The notes beneath the pieces were generated by a model. It was not told the origin of the DNA. It was given only the letters and a program-made list of their open reading frames with translations, and made no database searches. A stretch of 64,000 nt of DNA from an uncultured Gammaproteobacteria bacterium (lineage in GTDB: Bacteria; Patescibacteriota; Patescibacteriia; UBA2196), in NCBI GenBank assembly GCA_964435065.1, contig CAYSXS010000001.1, positions 20,538 through 84,537 on the forward strand, written 5' to 3'. Numbering within the stretch: position 1 is the first letter of the stretch; each line of letters starts with the position of its first letter. The position numbers were made by a program, and so were the translations under genes. Positions 9,590 through 20,378 of the stretch are shown one piece after another.

Positions 9590-10118
9590 TTTAGGATGTG
9601 GTAATGCAAAACGTGATAAAGAAAGTATTGGGGTTGATGCGGTAAAACTACCTGGAGTTGATTTTGTTTGTGATATTGATAAGGAAAAATTACCATTTGA
9701 GGACAATGAAATTGATGAAGTTTATTCAAGACATCTTTTTGAACATCTTGAGAATTTTTTCTTTGTTATGAAAGAGGTTCATCGTGTTTTAAAGCCTGAA
9801 GGGCAATTAGTTCTAAAAGTGCCATATTTTGCAGCACCAACTTCATATTCAGATCCAACACATAAAAGATTTTTTGGTATTTACAGTTTTCAATGTTTTG
9901 ATCCAACAAGTGGAAAATATAGTTATCGTGAAGTAGAAAACACAAAGTTTGAATTAATCTCTGTAAGATATTCGTTTCACTATGGATTTTTATCTAAGTT
10001 TTTTGAGAAGCTTTTTAATAAGAGTAAGGGTGTTCAAGCTAAGTATGAAAGGTATTTGTGCTATTTCATTCCTGCTTACGATTTAAAATTTATTCTAAAA
10101 CCAATCAAAGATGTTTAA
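9576..10118 (+). CDS. Class I SAM-dependent methyltransferase
   Basis: IDLGCG, LPFEDN, HLFEH, EVHRVLKPEG, DPTH. Confidence 0.9.
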   Translation: MKKIDLGCGNAKRDKESIGVDAVKLPGVDFVCDIDKEKLPFEDNEIDEVYSRHLFEHLENFFFVMKEVHRVLKPEGQLVLKVPYFAAPTSYSDPTHKRFFGIYSFQCFDPTSGKYSYREVENTKFELISVRYSFHYGFLSKFFEKLFNKSKGVQAKYERYLCYFIPAYDLKFILKPIKDV

Positions 10119-10989
10119 AAGAAAAGAACTAATCAAAAGAGAACTGTTTTACTTTCGTAAAAGTCTTTTAGAATACAAAAGATTTTGGGCATATGTTTAT
10201 TATAAATATATATTTTCTAAAAAAATTTTAAAACAAGATAAAGTTTTAGAAAAGCCTGTTAATAATCCAAATTTATCTGTTCATGTATTAACTTGTCATT
10301 GGGATTTCAAAATGTTTTTTTGGTCTTTATCCAGTTATTATAAATCATTTGAAACAATAGGACAGTTATTTATTCATAATGATGGCACACTAAGCGTAAA
10401 AGAAGTTGATTTAATAAAAAAGTTTTTCCCAAGTTCTAAAATAATAGATGCTAGGACTTTTGACAAAGAGTTTTCTTTTAAATTAGACCAATATCCAGTT
10501 TTTAGAGATATACGTGCAAAGAATTTTGATTTTTTCTCTTTTAAAAAGATCATAGATCCATTTTTGGCTTCAGATAAAGATATGTGCCTTATTTTTGATA
10601 CTGATATTTTGTGGTTTAAAAAACCAACTGAATTAGAAGAACAAATACAAAATGGCTGTGAAAAATCTTTCATGCAGAAAAACAATAGTTATAACGATGC
10701 AGAGATTGATAAAAAATTAACTAAGTTTAATGCCGGCATTATGCTTTATGCTAGAAAGAATTTTGATACACAAATATTAACAGATTTTTTTAAGGGTCTA
10801 GATCAGAGTAATAAGGATGATTTACATTTTGCTGATCAGACAGGACATGTAAAATGTTTAAAGAACCTAGAGGCGCTACCAGAAGATAGATATATAATTA
10901 GAGGTGATGTTAATGAAAATATAGTAGCAAAACACTATACTGCTCCCAGAAGACCTTTGTTTTATATAGATGGTATTAGGAAGTTATAA
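10111..10989 (+). CDS. Putative GT-A fold glycosyltransferase
   Basis: HNDG, FDTDILWF (DxD), FNAG, ADQ; operon context. Confidence 0.65.
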   Translation: MFKRKELIKRELFYFRKSLLEYKRFWAYVYYKYIFSKKILKQDKVLEKPVNNPNLSVHVLTCHWDFKMFFWSLSSYYKSFETIGQLFIHNDGTLSVKEVDLIKKFFPSSKIIDARTFDKEFSFKLDQYPVFRDIRAKNFDFFSFKKIIDPFLASDKDMCLIFDTDILWFKKPTELEEQIQNGCEKSFMQKNNSYNDAEIDKKLTKFNAGIMLYARKNFDTQILTDFFKGLDQSNKDDLHFADQTGHVKCLKNLEALPEDRYIIRGDVNENIVAKHYTAPRRPLFYIDGIRKL

Positions 10990-10996
10990 AAATTAT

Positions 10997-12031
10997 ATGA
11001 AAATATGTTTTTTTGGTAATTACATTTCAGATTATTCCAGAGTAAAAGTTTTGCGTAAAGGTTTTCAGCAAAATGATGTTGAGATTTTTGAATGCCATAC
11101 TAGAAAAACAGGTTTAAAGAAATATTTAGATTTATATAACCAACACAAAAAGATTAGAAATAAGTATGATGTTATCTTAGTTATGATGGGAGGACAAACA
11201 TTGGTTTGGTTTGCAAAGCTATTAACAAAAAAGAAATTAATTTTTGATGCTTTTACTTCTTTATATTTAACAAACATTGAAGATAGGAAAACATGCACAC
11301 CTGAAAGTTTCAAGGCTAAATATTATGCTTGGTTAGATAAAGCTTCTTGTAAAAAGGCAGATAAGGTTTTGTTAGATACTGATGCACAGATACAATATTT
11401 TATTGATAAATATAAGTTAGATAAAGATAAATTTATACGAGTTTTTGTTAGTTCAGACAATGAATGTAATTTAGAAAAAGAAAAGAATAATAAGTTTATT
11501 ATTCATTGGCATGGATATATTGTCCCGCTTTATAGTTTAGAAACAGTTATTAAATCAGCAAAAATATTAGAGAAATATGAAGATATTGAATTTCAGATAG
11601 TGACTCGTTTTAATAGTAAGTATGAGAAAATAAAAGAACTAACAGAAAAGTTAGAATTAAAGAATATTAAATTCTACCCAGAAACAGATTACGAAGGAGT
11701 AGCTAAATTTGTTAATAAAGCAGATGTTTGTTTAGGAATATTTGGGAACAACAAGAAAGCACAAGTTGTAATTCCTAACAAGGTTTACGAAGCAATAATT
11801 TGTGCTAAACCAGTTATTACTGCAAATCACAAAGTTATAGATGAGGTATTTACTAATGAAGATAATATTTTAACAGTTTTGCCGGAAGACGAAAAAGATT
11901 TAGCAAATAAAATATTGAAATTGAAAGATAATAGTGATTTAAGGTATAGAATTGGTCAATCAGCCCATACTTTGCATATTAACAACCTTAAACCAAAACA
12001 AATTGTTAAGGAATTAATAACTAAAATTTAG
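10997..12031 (+). CDS. Glycosyltransferase family 4
   Basis: Start taken at MKICFFG. ADVCLGIFG...VIPNKVYEA. Confidence 0.88.
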   Translation: MKICFFGNYISDYSRVKVLRKGFQQNDVEIFECHTRKTGLKKYLDLYNQHKKIRNKYDVILVMMGGQTLVWFAKLLTKKKLIFDAFTSLYLTNIEDRKTCTPESFKAKYYAWLDKASCKKADKVLLDTDAQIQYFIDKYKLDKDKFIRVFVSSDNECNLEKEKNNKFIIHWHGYIVPLYSLETVIKSAKILEKYEDIEFQIVTRFNSKYEKIKELTEKLELKNIKFYPETDYEGVAKFVNKADVCLGIFGNNKKAQVVIPNKVYEAIICAKPVITANHKVIDEVFTNEDNILTVLPEDEKDLANKILKLKDNSDLRYRIGQSAHTLHINNLKPKQIVKELITKI

Positions 12032-12034
12032 TTT

Positions 12035-12703
12035 ATGTTTTATTTCTCAGGAACACGAAAACCAGATTATAAGAACTTGAATAAAGATATATATAATAAT
12101 TATTGGAAGGATAGAGGATATATAATGCGTGATAAGTTAATGGAACGAGAGATTGTCTTTTTAGATTGGATTAAACCAAACAGCAAGGTATTAAGCGTAG
12201 GTTGTGGTAATTCTAGATTACTTTATGAGTTACAAAAACAAAAACAATGTGAAGTTTTTGGGATTGATATATCACCAGAAGTTGTAGATGGTTTAAAACA
12301 AAACAATATTCCATCTGAGGTTCAGGATATTACAAAAGAAGATTTTTCTTTATCTAATAATTATGACTATATTGTAATGAGTGAATTATTAGAACATTTG
12401 GTTATGCCAGAGAATTTATTAGAAAAAGTAAGACATAGTGCAAAACATTTAATTTTATCAGTTCCTAATTCTGCATTTTATCGTTATCGTCTAGGTTTAT
12501 TATTTAAAGGAAGGTTTTGTACTCAATGGGCAAAACATCCAGCAGAACACTTAAGATATTGGAGCCATAAAGATTTTTTAGATTGGTTAGAAGCATTAGA
12601 TTTTCAAATTAAAGAATCTAAACCTTCAAATGGATTTTTTTTAAAAGATATTTGGCCAAACATGTTTGGTCACCAAATTTGTTATTTAATAAATAAGAAA
12701 TAA
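12035..12703 (+). CDS. SAM-dependent methyltransferase (MetW-like)
   Basis: VLSVGCG, GIDIS, ELLEHL, SVPN. Confidence 0.85.
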   Translation: MFYFSGTRKPDYKNLNKDIYNNYWKDRGYIMRDKLMEREIVFLDWIKPNSKVLSVGCGNSRLLYELQKQKQCEVFGIDISPEVVDGLKQNNIPSEVQDITKEDFSLSNNYDYIVMSELLEHLVMPENLLEKVRHSAKHLILSVPNSAFYRYRLGLLFKGRFCTQWAKHPAEHLRYWSHKDFLDWLEALDFQIKESKPSNGFFLKDIWPNMFGHQICYLINKK

Positions 12704-13852
12704 ATGAAAATATTATATATCTCAAATTCAAGAATTCCAACAGAAAAAGCATATGGTATTCAAATAATGAAGACGTGTGAAGCTTTTGGTTTGCAAAATA
12801 AAAAGATAGAGTTGGTTTTACCAACTAGAAAAAATAAGAAGTTTAAGAATATAAGCCCTTTTGATTATTATTCTGTTAAAAATTGTTTTAGAATAAAAAA
12901 AATTAAAACTTGTGATCCTAATTTTTTAATGAAATTACCAAAAGGTATATATATAAAATTTCAAGGATTGTTTTTTATTTTAAGATTATTTTTTTATCTA
13001 TTATTTAAAAAAAATAAGTCTGAGTATATTTTTTATACTCGTGATGAATATTTGTTACCTTTATTGCATAAATTTTCAGATAAAGTTATTTGGGAAGCTC
13101 ACACCTTACCAAAGAACACAGATAGATATTTAAAAAGTTGGCAAAAGTGTTATAAAATAATTACTATTAGCAAAGCCTTAAAAAGCGAGTTGGAGTCTTT
13201 AAATATTAAACAGGAAAAGATGTTTGTTGCTCATGATGGAGTAGACCTAGAGGAGTTTGAGCTTTCTGCTTTTAATTTACAAAAATCAAGAAAAAAATTA
13301 GGTTTACCTTTAGATAAAAAGATTATAATGTACACGGGGCACTTATATGACTGGAAAGGCGTACAGGTTTTAGCTGATTCAACTAATTTTTTATTGGATA
13401 ATCAAATGATAGTTTTTGTTGGTGGAACTCACTCAGATATTAAGATTTTTCAAAAGAAAAACATGCAATTAATTAAAGATAATAAAATTTTACTTTTAGG
13501 GCACAAAAATCCAAAACTAATTCCTGAATATTTACAATCAGCAGACGTGCTTATTTTACCCAATTCAGCCAAAGATAATAAATCAAAATGGACCTCACCA
13601 ATGAAACTTTTTGAATATATGGCTTCTGGAGTACCTATTGTTGCTTCAGGACTGCCAAGCATAAAGGAGGTTTTAAATAAAGATAATTCAATTTTAGTTA
13701 GTCCGGATAGCCCCAGGGACATTTTTGATGGGATTAAAATAGTTTTGGATAATAAGGAATTATCAAATAAGATTAGTAAACAAGCCCTACAAGACGTACA
13801 AGACTATACGTGGAATAAAAGAGCAGAGAAAATCTTAGAATTTATACAGTAA
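12704..13852 (+). CDS. Glycosyltransferase family 4
   Basis: HDGVD, YTGHLYDWKG, SPMKLFEYMA. Confidence 0.92.
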   Translation: MKILYISNSRIPTEKAYGIQIMKTCEAFGLQNKKIELVLPTRKNKKFKNISPFDYYSVKNCFRIKKIKTCDPNFLMKLPKGIYIKFQGLFFILRLFFYLLFKKNKSEYIFYTRDEYLLPLLHKFSDKVIWEAHTLPKNTDRYLKSWQKCYKIITISKALKSELESLNIKQEKMFVAHDGVDLEEFELSAFNLQKSRKKLGLPLDKKIIMYTGHLYDWKGVQVLADSTNFLLDNQMIVFVGGTHSDIKIFQKKNMQLIKDNKILLLGHKNPKLIPEYLQSADVLILPNSAKDNKSKWTSPMKLFEYMASGVPIVASGLPSIKEVLNKDNSILVSPDSPRDIFDGIKIVLDNKELSNKISKQALQDVQDYTWNKRAEKILEFIQ

Positions 13853-13860
13853 AATAACTT

Positions 13861-15678
13861 ATGTTAAATTGGATTAATAAAAATTATAAACTCATTTTAA
13901 TCTTAATAGTTTTAATAACTCTCTTGCTTAAAATCTTGCCTTTTGAAGTTCGTTCCTGGACAATGGATGCAGACAGCCAGATTGTTAAAGAGGCTCTTCA
14001 AATAGGAGAGTCAGTAACAAGTGGGGATTGGGAATTTTTAAAAGAACCAGTCCTGTTTCCTTTTATTGGCCCATATATCTATTTGTTTTTTTATGGTTTA
14101 TTTTTTTTAATAGGAAAATTAATTGGATTGTTTTCAAGTAGTACAGAGTTTGTAGATTATATATATTTTCATATTCAGAGTCTCTATTGGTGGAGTAGGA
14201 TTTTAATTGCAGTTTTTGGAACATTATTGATTCCGTTAGTCTTTTCTATCACACGCAGAATAATTCAAAAGATTGATCAACAAAAAGCGATTGTGTTATC
14301 TCTTTTTGCATCTAGTTTGGTGGCGTTGAATTTAATTTTAAATATTTTCTCTCAACAACCACGTCCACATGTTCTTGTGGCTTTTTTTATTCTTTTAACT
14401 TTCTATTTTTATCTCAGATTTTTGGATTATAAAAAAATTATAGATTATTTTTTATTAAGCTTATCTTGTGGATTAGCTATTGGTGTTTTACAAAACGGTA
14501 TATTTGCAGTGATCTTTTTTGTTTTAGCAAGTTATTATTTATTTAAAGATACTTATCTAAAGACAAATAAGGTTTTTGCTAATTTTTCTTGGTTAAAGTT
14601 TTTATTAGCTGGATTAATTATTTTAATAATTTTTGTCATAAGTTATCCATATGCAATTTTGAATTTTTCTTCTGTGTTAGAAGCACAAGGAAAGTTTGAG
14701 TCTGTAAATGGGTTTGATTTTACTTTGAGTAGTGGATCTCAAACATTCTCTGGTATAAATGGAAAGGGGATTAATATTTTGATACGTGGTTTATTGTTTT
14801 ATCACCAAGTATTAAGTTTTATTTTTTTATTAACTTTTTTATTGTATATATTTTCGAAATTTAGAAAAAAACAGTTGTATAACAAGATTAAGAATGTTGT
14901 TTTTGATAGAAGTTTAGTTGGTTTATATTTATTCACCATACTATATATTTTAATTCTAATTATATATGATGGAGCACGTATTAGGTTTATGAGTCCATTA
15001 ACTCCTTTTTTGTGTGTTATTGGAGCAGTATTTTTATTAAAATACATTATGCAAGCCAAAACATCGGTGAAAAGAGTTATTTTAGGGTTGATAATGGTTT
15101 TGATGTTATTTGAGTTTGTCCAAGTATTGCGTTTTGTACATATTTTATCACAACCATATACACGCGATGAGTCTGTTGAATGGATCCAAAAAAATATTCC
15201 TAAGGATGAATTAATTTTAATTCAAAGCCGTGGACCAATTTTAATACCAAATCGAAAGAGTTTAGAATTACAAGAAAGTATTAATCCAGAATCTTTAACA
15301 ACTAAGGATAATTTTTTATTAGAATTACCTTTAGATAAATATCCGGCGGATAATAACTATATTCTACGTTTAGGATTGGTTGGTAGTGAATTCCAAACAG
15401 AAGAAGAGTTAGAATCCTTGTTACTAGAATTAAAACCTGATTATTTCGTCTTGTTTTACACCACCCCTAAACCAGAAGATTTTATTGATGATTTTAAAGA
15501 ATTTAGATTAGCTGAGAAGTATGGGGAAAGTATAAAAAAATTTACACCGTTTAAAAACGAAGATAAGAAACAAAGAATGATGTTTACTTGGGCTTTTGAA
15601 AATCCAATTGTTGATTTATGGAATTTTAAACAATTAGGTCCCATTATTGATGTTTATGAATTAAAATGGGACAATTAA
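13861..15678 (+). CDS. GT-C fold membrane glycosyltransferase (ArnT/PMT-like)
   Basis: More than 11 TM segments, acidic motif after TM1, RFMSPL.PF, soluble C-terminal domain. Confidence 0.72.
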   Translation: MLNWINKNYKLILILIVLITLLLKILPFEVRSWTMDADSQIVKEALQIGESVTSGDWEFLKEPVLFPFIGPYIYLFFYGLFFLIGKLIGLFSSSTEFVDYIYFHIQSLYWWSRILIAVFGTLLIPLVFSITRRIIQKIDQQKAIVLSLFASSLVALNLILNIFSQQPRPHVLVAFFILLTFYFYLRFLDYKKIIDYFLLSLSCGLAIGVLQNGIFAVIFFVLASYYLFKDTYLKTNKVFANFSWLKFLLAGLIILIIFVISYPYAILNFSSVLEAQGKFESVNGFDFTLSSGSQTFSGINGKGINILIRGLLFYHQVLSFIFLLTFLLYIFSKFRKKQLYNKIKNVVFDRSLVGLYLFTILYILILIIYDGARIRFMSPLTPFLCVIGAVFLLKYIMQAKTSVKRVILGLIMVLMLFEFVQVLRFVHILSQPYTRDESVEWIQKNIPKDELILIQSRGPILIPNRKSLELQESINPESLTTKDNFLLELPLDKYPADNNYILRLGLVGSEFQTEEELESLLLELKPDYFVLFYTTPKPEDFIDDFKEFRLAEKYGESIKKFTPFKNEDKKQRMMFTWAFENPIVDLWNFKQLGPIIDVYELKWDN

Positions 15679-15681
15679 AGT

Positions 15682-17028
15682 ATGAAAATTACGAATAAAC
15701 AATTTATTCTAATCTTAATGGTGCTGGCCTTAATAAGCGGATTTTTTTGGGCTTTTGTGTTTGGTAATGATCCTGGTGTTAGCGATGATGCTCGAGGTTA
15801 TGACGAAACAGCACAATCTATAGTTTCAGAAGGTATTTTTAATAATGATAGGATGGAAGATACTTTAGACCGTCCAGTTTATTCATTTTTTTTAGCTATT
15901 ATTTATAAGGTTTTTGGACACAGCTTTGTTATTGTTCGTATTATCCAAATTTTATTTTTTGTAATGATAGCTTTATTGGTTTATAAATTATGTAATTTAT
16001 TATTTACAGAAAAAGTTAGTCGTTTTGCAGGAGTTTTAACAGCCTTTTCATATTCATTAGCGGCACACGCTGGTATTTTGTATAGAGAAGTTTTGTTTGC
16101 ATTTCTAGTTTTATTTTTAGTTTGGTGTCTATATAAAGCTCAATTTACTTTTAAAGTTATTTGGTTTTTATTGGCTGGGGCAGTATTGGGTATTATGTTT
16201 TTAACTAATTCAGTTGTTCAATTTTTAATATTTTTAATTTTAATTAATTTCATTTTTGTTTTTTATAAAAAAAGAAAAATTAAAGATTTAATCCCTCGAT
16301 TAGTATTATTTGTTTTAGCCTTTTTGCTTGTTTTAACTCCTTGGTTTGTTTTTTACAAAAGTAATTTTGGTCAGATACCAACAGGTGGAGGGGGTTTATA
16401 TCTGGCTGAACGAGCAGAAACAATGCAAAATATTGATGATAAATATTTATCGCATTTAATTGGTAATGGAATAGGGGATTTTGTGGCTTTTCAATTGTTT
16501 TCGGATTATGATCCAAAACTTTCAAGGCACGGATGGGAGGCTTGGCGTAAACATGATGAATTGTTGGCTCAAGGACAAAATGTTAAAGAAGCAGATAAAG
16601 AATTTATTGAAGATTCACTTAGAACATTTGCAAAACATCCGATTATGTTTTTAAAAATGGAGTTTATTGATTTTTTAAAATTTAATCAGCCAATGACACC
16701 AAAAGTTTGGATGCAAGCAATGTTTGTTGGTACACATCCAGGAATAGCTGATTGGATGAAAATTCTTATTATCTTTGGTATTAGGTTTGTTTATTTAATT
16801 TTTTCTGGTTTAATTATTTATTCTATTCTAAAAACATTTAAGAAATGGTCAAATGTGAGTTGGTTGATTATTATAATCTTCTACTTTAACTTTGTTTATA
16901 GTACTTTACATGCTACTGCTCGTTATTCAATTCCAATTTATCCGTTGTATATAATATTTTTGACTCTGGGTGTAATGTTGTTAATTAATAAATTTAGACA
17001 TAAAGATGAAAATCTGCTTAATAACTAA
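15682..17028 (+). CDS. GT-C fold membrane glycosyltransferase (ArnT/PMT-like)
   Basis: DDARGYD, RPVY..FLA, RYSIPIYP, multi-TM. Confidence 0.78.
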   Translation: MKITNKQFILILMVLALISGFFWAFVFGNDPGVSDDARGYDETAQSIVSEGIFNNDRMEDTLDRPVYSFFLAIIYKVFGHSFVIVRIIQILFFVMIALLVYKLCNLLFTEKVSRFAGVLTAFSYSLAAHAGILYREVLFAFLVLFLVWCLYKAQFTFKVIWFLLAGAVLGIMFLTNSVVQFLIFLILINFIFVFYKKRKIKDLIPRLVLFVLAFLLVLTPWFVFYKSNFGQIPTGGGGLYLAERAETMQNIDDKYLSHLIGNGIGDFVAFQLFSDYDPKLSRHGWEAWRKHDELLAQGQNVKEADKEFIEDSLRTFAKHPIMFLKMEFIDFLKFNQPMTPKVWMQAMFVGTHPGIADWMKILIIFGIRFVYLIFSGLIIYSILKTFKKWSNVSWLIIIIFYFNFVYSTLHATARYSIPIYPLYIIFLTLGVMLLINKFRHKDENLLNN

Positions 17029-18118
17029 TAATTTAGAAATGAGAGATGGATGGGGAAGCTATTCACGTAGCTTGGCTTTAGGTTTATTAAAAAATAATAT
17101 AGAGGTAGAGGTTTTAGTTGCATATGATCAATCTGTATCTGATATTAATAATTTAAAAGTACATAATATTTTACCAAAACTTTTTGTACCTAGGTTTAAA
17201 AAAACATATTGGTTTTTTAAAAACTATTTTAAAATAAAAAAAGTTATTAATAATTGTGATTTAGTACATGTGGTTGTAGAGCCATATTCAGCTTTACTTT
17301 ATTCATTAATAAAAAAGAAACCATATTTCATAACAGCTCACGGTACTTATGCTGTTCATCCGTTAACAAAGAAATATTTATTTAAAATTTATGAGAAGGT
17401 ATATAATCGAGCAAAAAAGATTATTTGTATTAGCAAATTTACACAAAACAAACTTTTGGATAAAATAAAATTAGATAATACATGTGTAATACCTAATGGT
17501 GTTAATTTATCTAAATTTATTGTTAAATCTTTAGATATAAAAAAAGAATTCCAATTTTTTAGTGTTGGTGTAATAATTGCACGCAAAGGTTATCATTTAG
17601 TTATAGGTGCTCTTGGTAAACTTAAACAGTTACGTCCAGAATTTAAATTTAAATATGTTATTCTTGGTAGAGTATATAACAAAGAATATTATCAAGAATT
17701 ATTACAATTGATAAAAGAAAACAATTTAAAAAATGAAGTTATTTTTAAGAAAGACTTAGAAGAACAAGAATTAGCTGAATTATATCAATCTAGTGATCTA
17801 TTTATCCTTATCCCTGAACAAAAAGGAGAATCTAAGTTTGAAGGCTTTGGTTTGGTGTATTTAGAAGCAATGGCTACGGGTGTTCCTGTTGTTGCTGCAA
17901 CAGACAGTGCTGCTGAAGAGTTTATTAAAGATAAAGAAAATGGTTTTTTATCTGACCCAAATATTGAAAAATTAAGTAATAAAATAATAGAAATTTTGGA
18001 TACGCCAGAATTATTAAAAGAAATAGGCGATAATGGTCGAACAACAGCTAAAGAATTTGATTGGGATATTATTGTCCCAAGATATATTGAAGTTTATGAA
18101 TCAACAAAAATTAGTTAA
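17006..18118 (+). CDS. Glycosyltransferase family 4
   Basis: IPNGV, RKG, EGFGLVYLEAM. Confidence 0.92.
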   Translation: MKICLITNNLEMRDGWGSYSRSLALGLLKNNIEVEVLVAYDQSVSDINNLKVHNILPKLFVPRFKKTYWFFKNYFKIKKVINNCDLVHVVVEPYSALLYSLIKKKPYFITAHGTYAVHPLTKKYLFKIYEKVYNRAKKIICISKFTQNKLLDKIKLDNTCVIPNGVNLSKFIVKSLDIKKEFQFFSVGVIIARKGYHLVIGALGKLKQLRPEFKFKYVILGRVYNKEYYQELLQLIKENNLKNEVIFKKDLEEQELAELYQSSDLFILIPEQKGESKFEGFGLVYLEAMATGVPVVAATDSAAEEFIKDKENGFLSDPNIEKLSNKIIEILDTPELLKEIGDNGRTTAKEFDWDIIVPRYIEVYESTKIS

Positions 18119-19028
18119 GAGAATTAATGAAATTTATCATGATTGGGAAGCAAAATATTATTTAGAACGGCATCCTGAGATTTTTAAACAAGAAAGAAAT
18201 AACTGGCAAAAGTTTGCTAGTAAGTTTTTTACAAGTGAAAGAGCTAAAAGAATTTTAGATGTGGGTTGTGGTACAGGATTTGTTCCTCAGGTTATTGGAA
18301 GATATCTAACAAAAGATGATGAATTTTTTTGTAGTGATATTTCTTCTGATATGCTTGAAACTGCTAAAGATAATTTATCTAAGAATGGTTATATAAATAA
18401 ATTTTATTTTTTAAAGGGTAGTATTGAAGAATTAAATTTTGAACCAGAAAGTTTAGATATTGTTATTATAAATTCAGTTCTACATCATTTACCAGATATA
18501 GAAATATTTTTTAAAGAATCAAATAGGATTTTAAAACCTGGTGGTAAGTTAATTATATTTCATGAACCTAATAAAAAGTTTTTTCAACATAGTTTTTTAA
18601 GAAATAACTTTTTATTATTACAATATATTAAAAACACAGTTTTTAAGTTTAGAAAAAACTTAAGAGGACGGGTTTCAGATAAAAAAGAAAAAGAAGATAT
18701 TTTTGACTACATAAATAAAATACTTAAACAAGAAGAGTTAATTAGTAAAGATCTAGATAAAACAGAAATAAAGCAATTTGTTGATTATGGATCACCTACA
18801 GCATCTGGTAAAATAGATAAAGATAGAGGATTTGATATAAATGAGATCCAACAGCAATATTTAACTAATTTTAGTATTTTAGAGTTTACAACATACAATT
18901 ATTTGTGTAAGATTAATCATCGTTCAAATTTAATATTAACCCTTTATAACTACTTATTAAGCAGGTTTTGGCCTAAATCAGGGAGTAGTTGGGGAGCTAT
19001 TTTAGAAAAAAATGATACAACAAACTAA
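18096..19028 (+). CDS. Class I SAM-dependent methyltransferase
   Basis: ILDVGCGTG, DIS..ML, VLHHL, RILKPGG. Start moved to MNQQK. Confidence 0.9.
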   Translation: MNQQKLVKRINEIYHDWEAKYYLERHPEIFKQERNNWQKFASKFFTSERAKRILDVGCGTGFVPQVIGRYLTKDDEFFCSDISSDMLETAKDNLSKNGYINKFYFLKGSIEELNFEPESLDIVIINSVLHHLPDIEIFFKESNRILKPGGKLIIFHEPNKKFFQHSFLRNNFLLLQYIKNTVFKFRKNLRGRVSDKKEKEDIFDYINKILKQEELISKDLDKTEIKQFVDYGSPTASGKIDKDRGFDINEIQQQYLTNFSILEFTTYNYLCKINHRSNLILTLYNYLLSRFWPKSGSSWGAILEKNDTTN

Positions 19029-20337
19029 AAATCTATTTAAAATCAACTTTGTTAAAGATGTAGCAACTCTTCAGGTTGGTAAAATTGTATCAATGATATT
19101 GAGTGTGGCTGCTTCAATAGTTTTTGCGCGTGTTTTAAAAATAGAAGGATATGGAATTTATGGGTTGATTTTTTCTTTTGCAGGTATCTTAGGTATTTTA
19201 ATGAGTTGGGGGTCCATACATGCCACAGTAACACTATTATCAAAAGCATATGCTCAAAAAGATAAAATTGAAGTAAAAAATGTTTTATCTTATTTCGTAG
19301 GTTTAAATTTGATTAAGATCTGTACTTTAGGGATAATTTTTTATATATTAGCGCCATGGCTTAGTCAATTATTTTATCATAATATTCAAGTAGGTTTGTT
19401 GGTTAGAGTTATATTACTTGCTAATTATATAGAGATAGTTTTTTCCATGTTCACTGTTGTTTTGCAGGTTAGTCGTCGTATTAAAAAATTAACTTTAATT
19501 GAGACTTTTAAAAAGTTTATGATAAGTATCTTGCCGGCAGGGTTTGTACTTATTGGTTTAGGTCTTTCGGGTTTAGTTCTGGGACATTTTTTAGTAGCAG
19601 TTATCTTTTTATTAATTTCTTTTGGGATTTATTCTATTTATGGTCCACGCGATGCCTTATTGCCAAGTTTTAGAGATATTTTTAAAAACATTTCATTAAA
19701 AATAATTGCTAAGTATTTTAGGTTTGGCTTTGCGGTAGCTATAAATAAAAATCTGGGTAGTTTAATAGCGCATTTACCAATATTTTTACTTGGTTTTTTT
19801 GCTAGCTTAACAGATATTGGTTATTACAAGGTGGCAATGGCATATATTGTTTTGCCGAATATGTTTTTAGGACCTGTAAGTAGATTACTGAATGTACAAT
19901 TACCAAAGTCAATTAATTATAGTAATTCTATTTTTAAACAACATCTTATAAAAACCTCTTTATATTCAGGGTTTACTATGTTGGTAACATCGATTCCGTT
20001 GGTTTTATTATCTTCTTTTTTGATTTCTTTTTTTTATGGAGCAGAATATATGGGAGCAAGTAAATTGGTTTATTATTTAATATCACTAACTATCACATCA
20101 GGGTTTGCTGTTGGGTTTAGTCCGTTTTTCAGAACTGTAAGAAAAATGAAAGTAGCAATAATAATGTCGTTTTGTCAGTTTGCTTTAATTTTATTATCTG
20201 CGATTTTGGCTATATATACATTTAATGTTGATCCATTGATGGCTATAGTAGTGGCTTTAACAGCGGTTAGTTTTTTATTTTTTATTATTAATTGGTTATA
20301 CATTTTAAAATATTTCAAAAAAATTAAATTTACATAA
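19012..20337 (+). CDS. wzx: Oligosaccharide flippase (Wzx/MOP family)
   Basis: About 12 TM, ARVL..EGYGIY, IGYYKVA, YGAEY. Confidence 0.85.
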   Translation: MIQQTKNLFKINFVKDVATLQVGKIVSMILSVAASIVFARVLKIEGYGIYGLIFSFAGILGILMSWGSIHATVTLLSKAYAQKDKIEVKNVLSYFVGLNLIKICTLGIIFYILAPWLSQLFYHNIQVGLLVRVILLANYIEIVFSMFTVVLQVSRRIKKLTLIETFKKFMISILPAGFVLIGLGLSGLVLGHFLVAVIFLLISFGIYSIYGPRDALLPSFRDIFKNISLKIIAKYFRFGFAVAINKNLGSLIAHLPIFLLGFFASLTDIGYYKVAMAYIVLPNMFLGPVSRLLNVQLPKSINYSNSIFKQHLIKTSLYSGFTMLVTSIPLVLLSSFLISFFYGAEYMGASKLVYYLISLTITSGFAVGFSPFFRTVRKMKVAIIMSFCQFALILLSAILAIYTFNVDPLMAIVVALTAVSFLFFIINWLYILKYFKKIKFT

Positions 20338-20378
20338 AAGTAATTATAGATTGTATATGCACTAAGTATTTATATAAT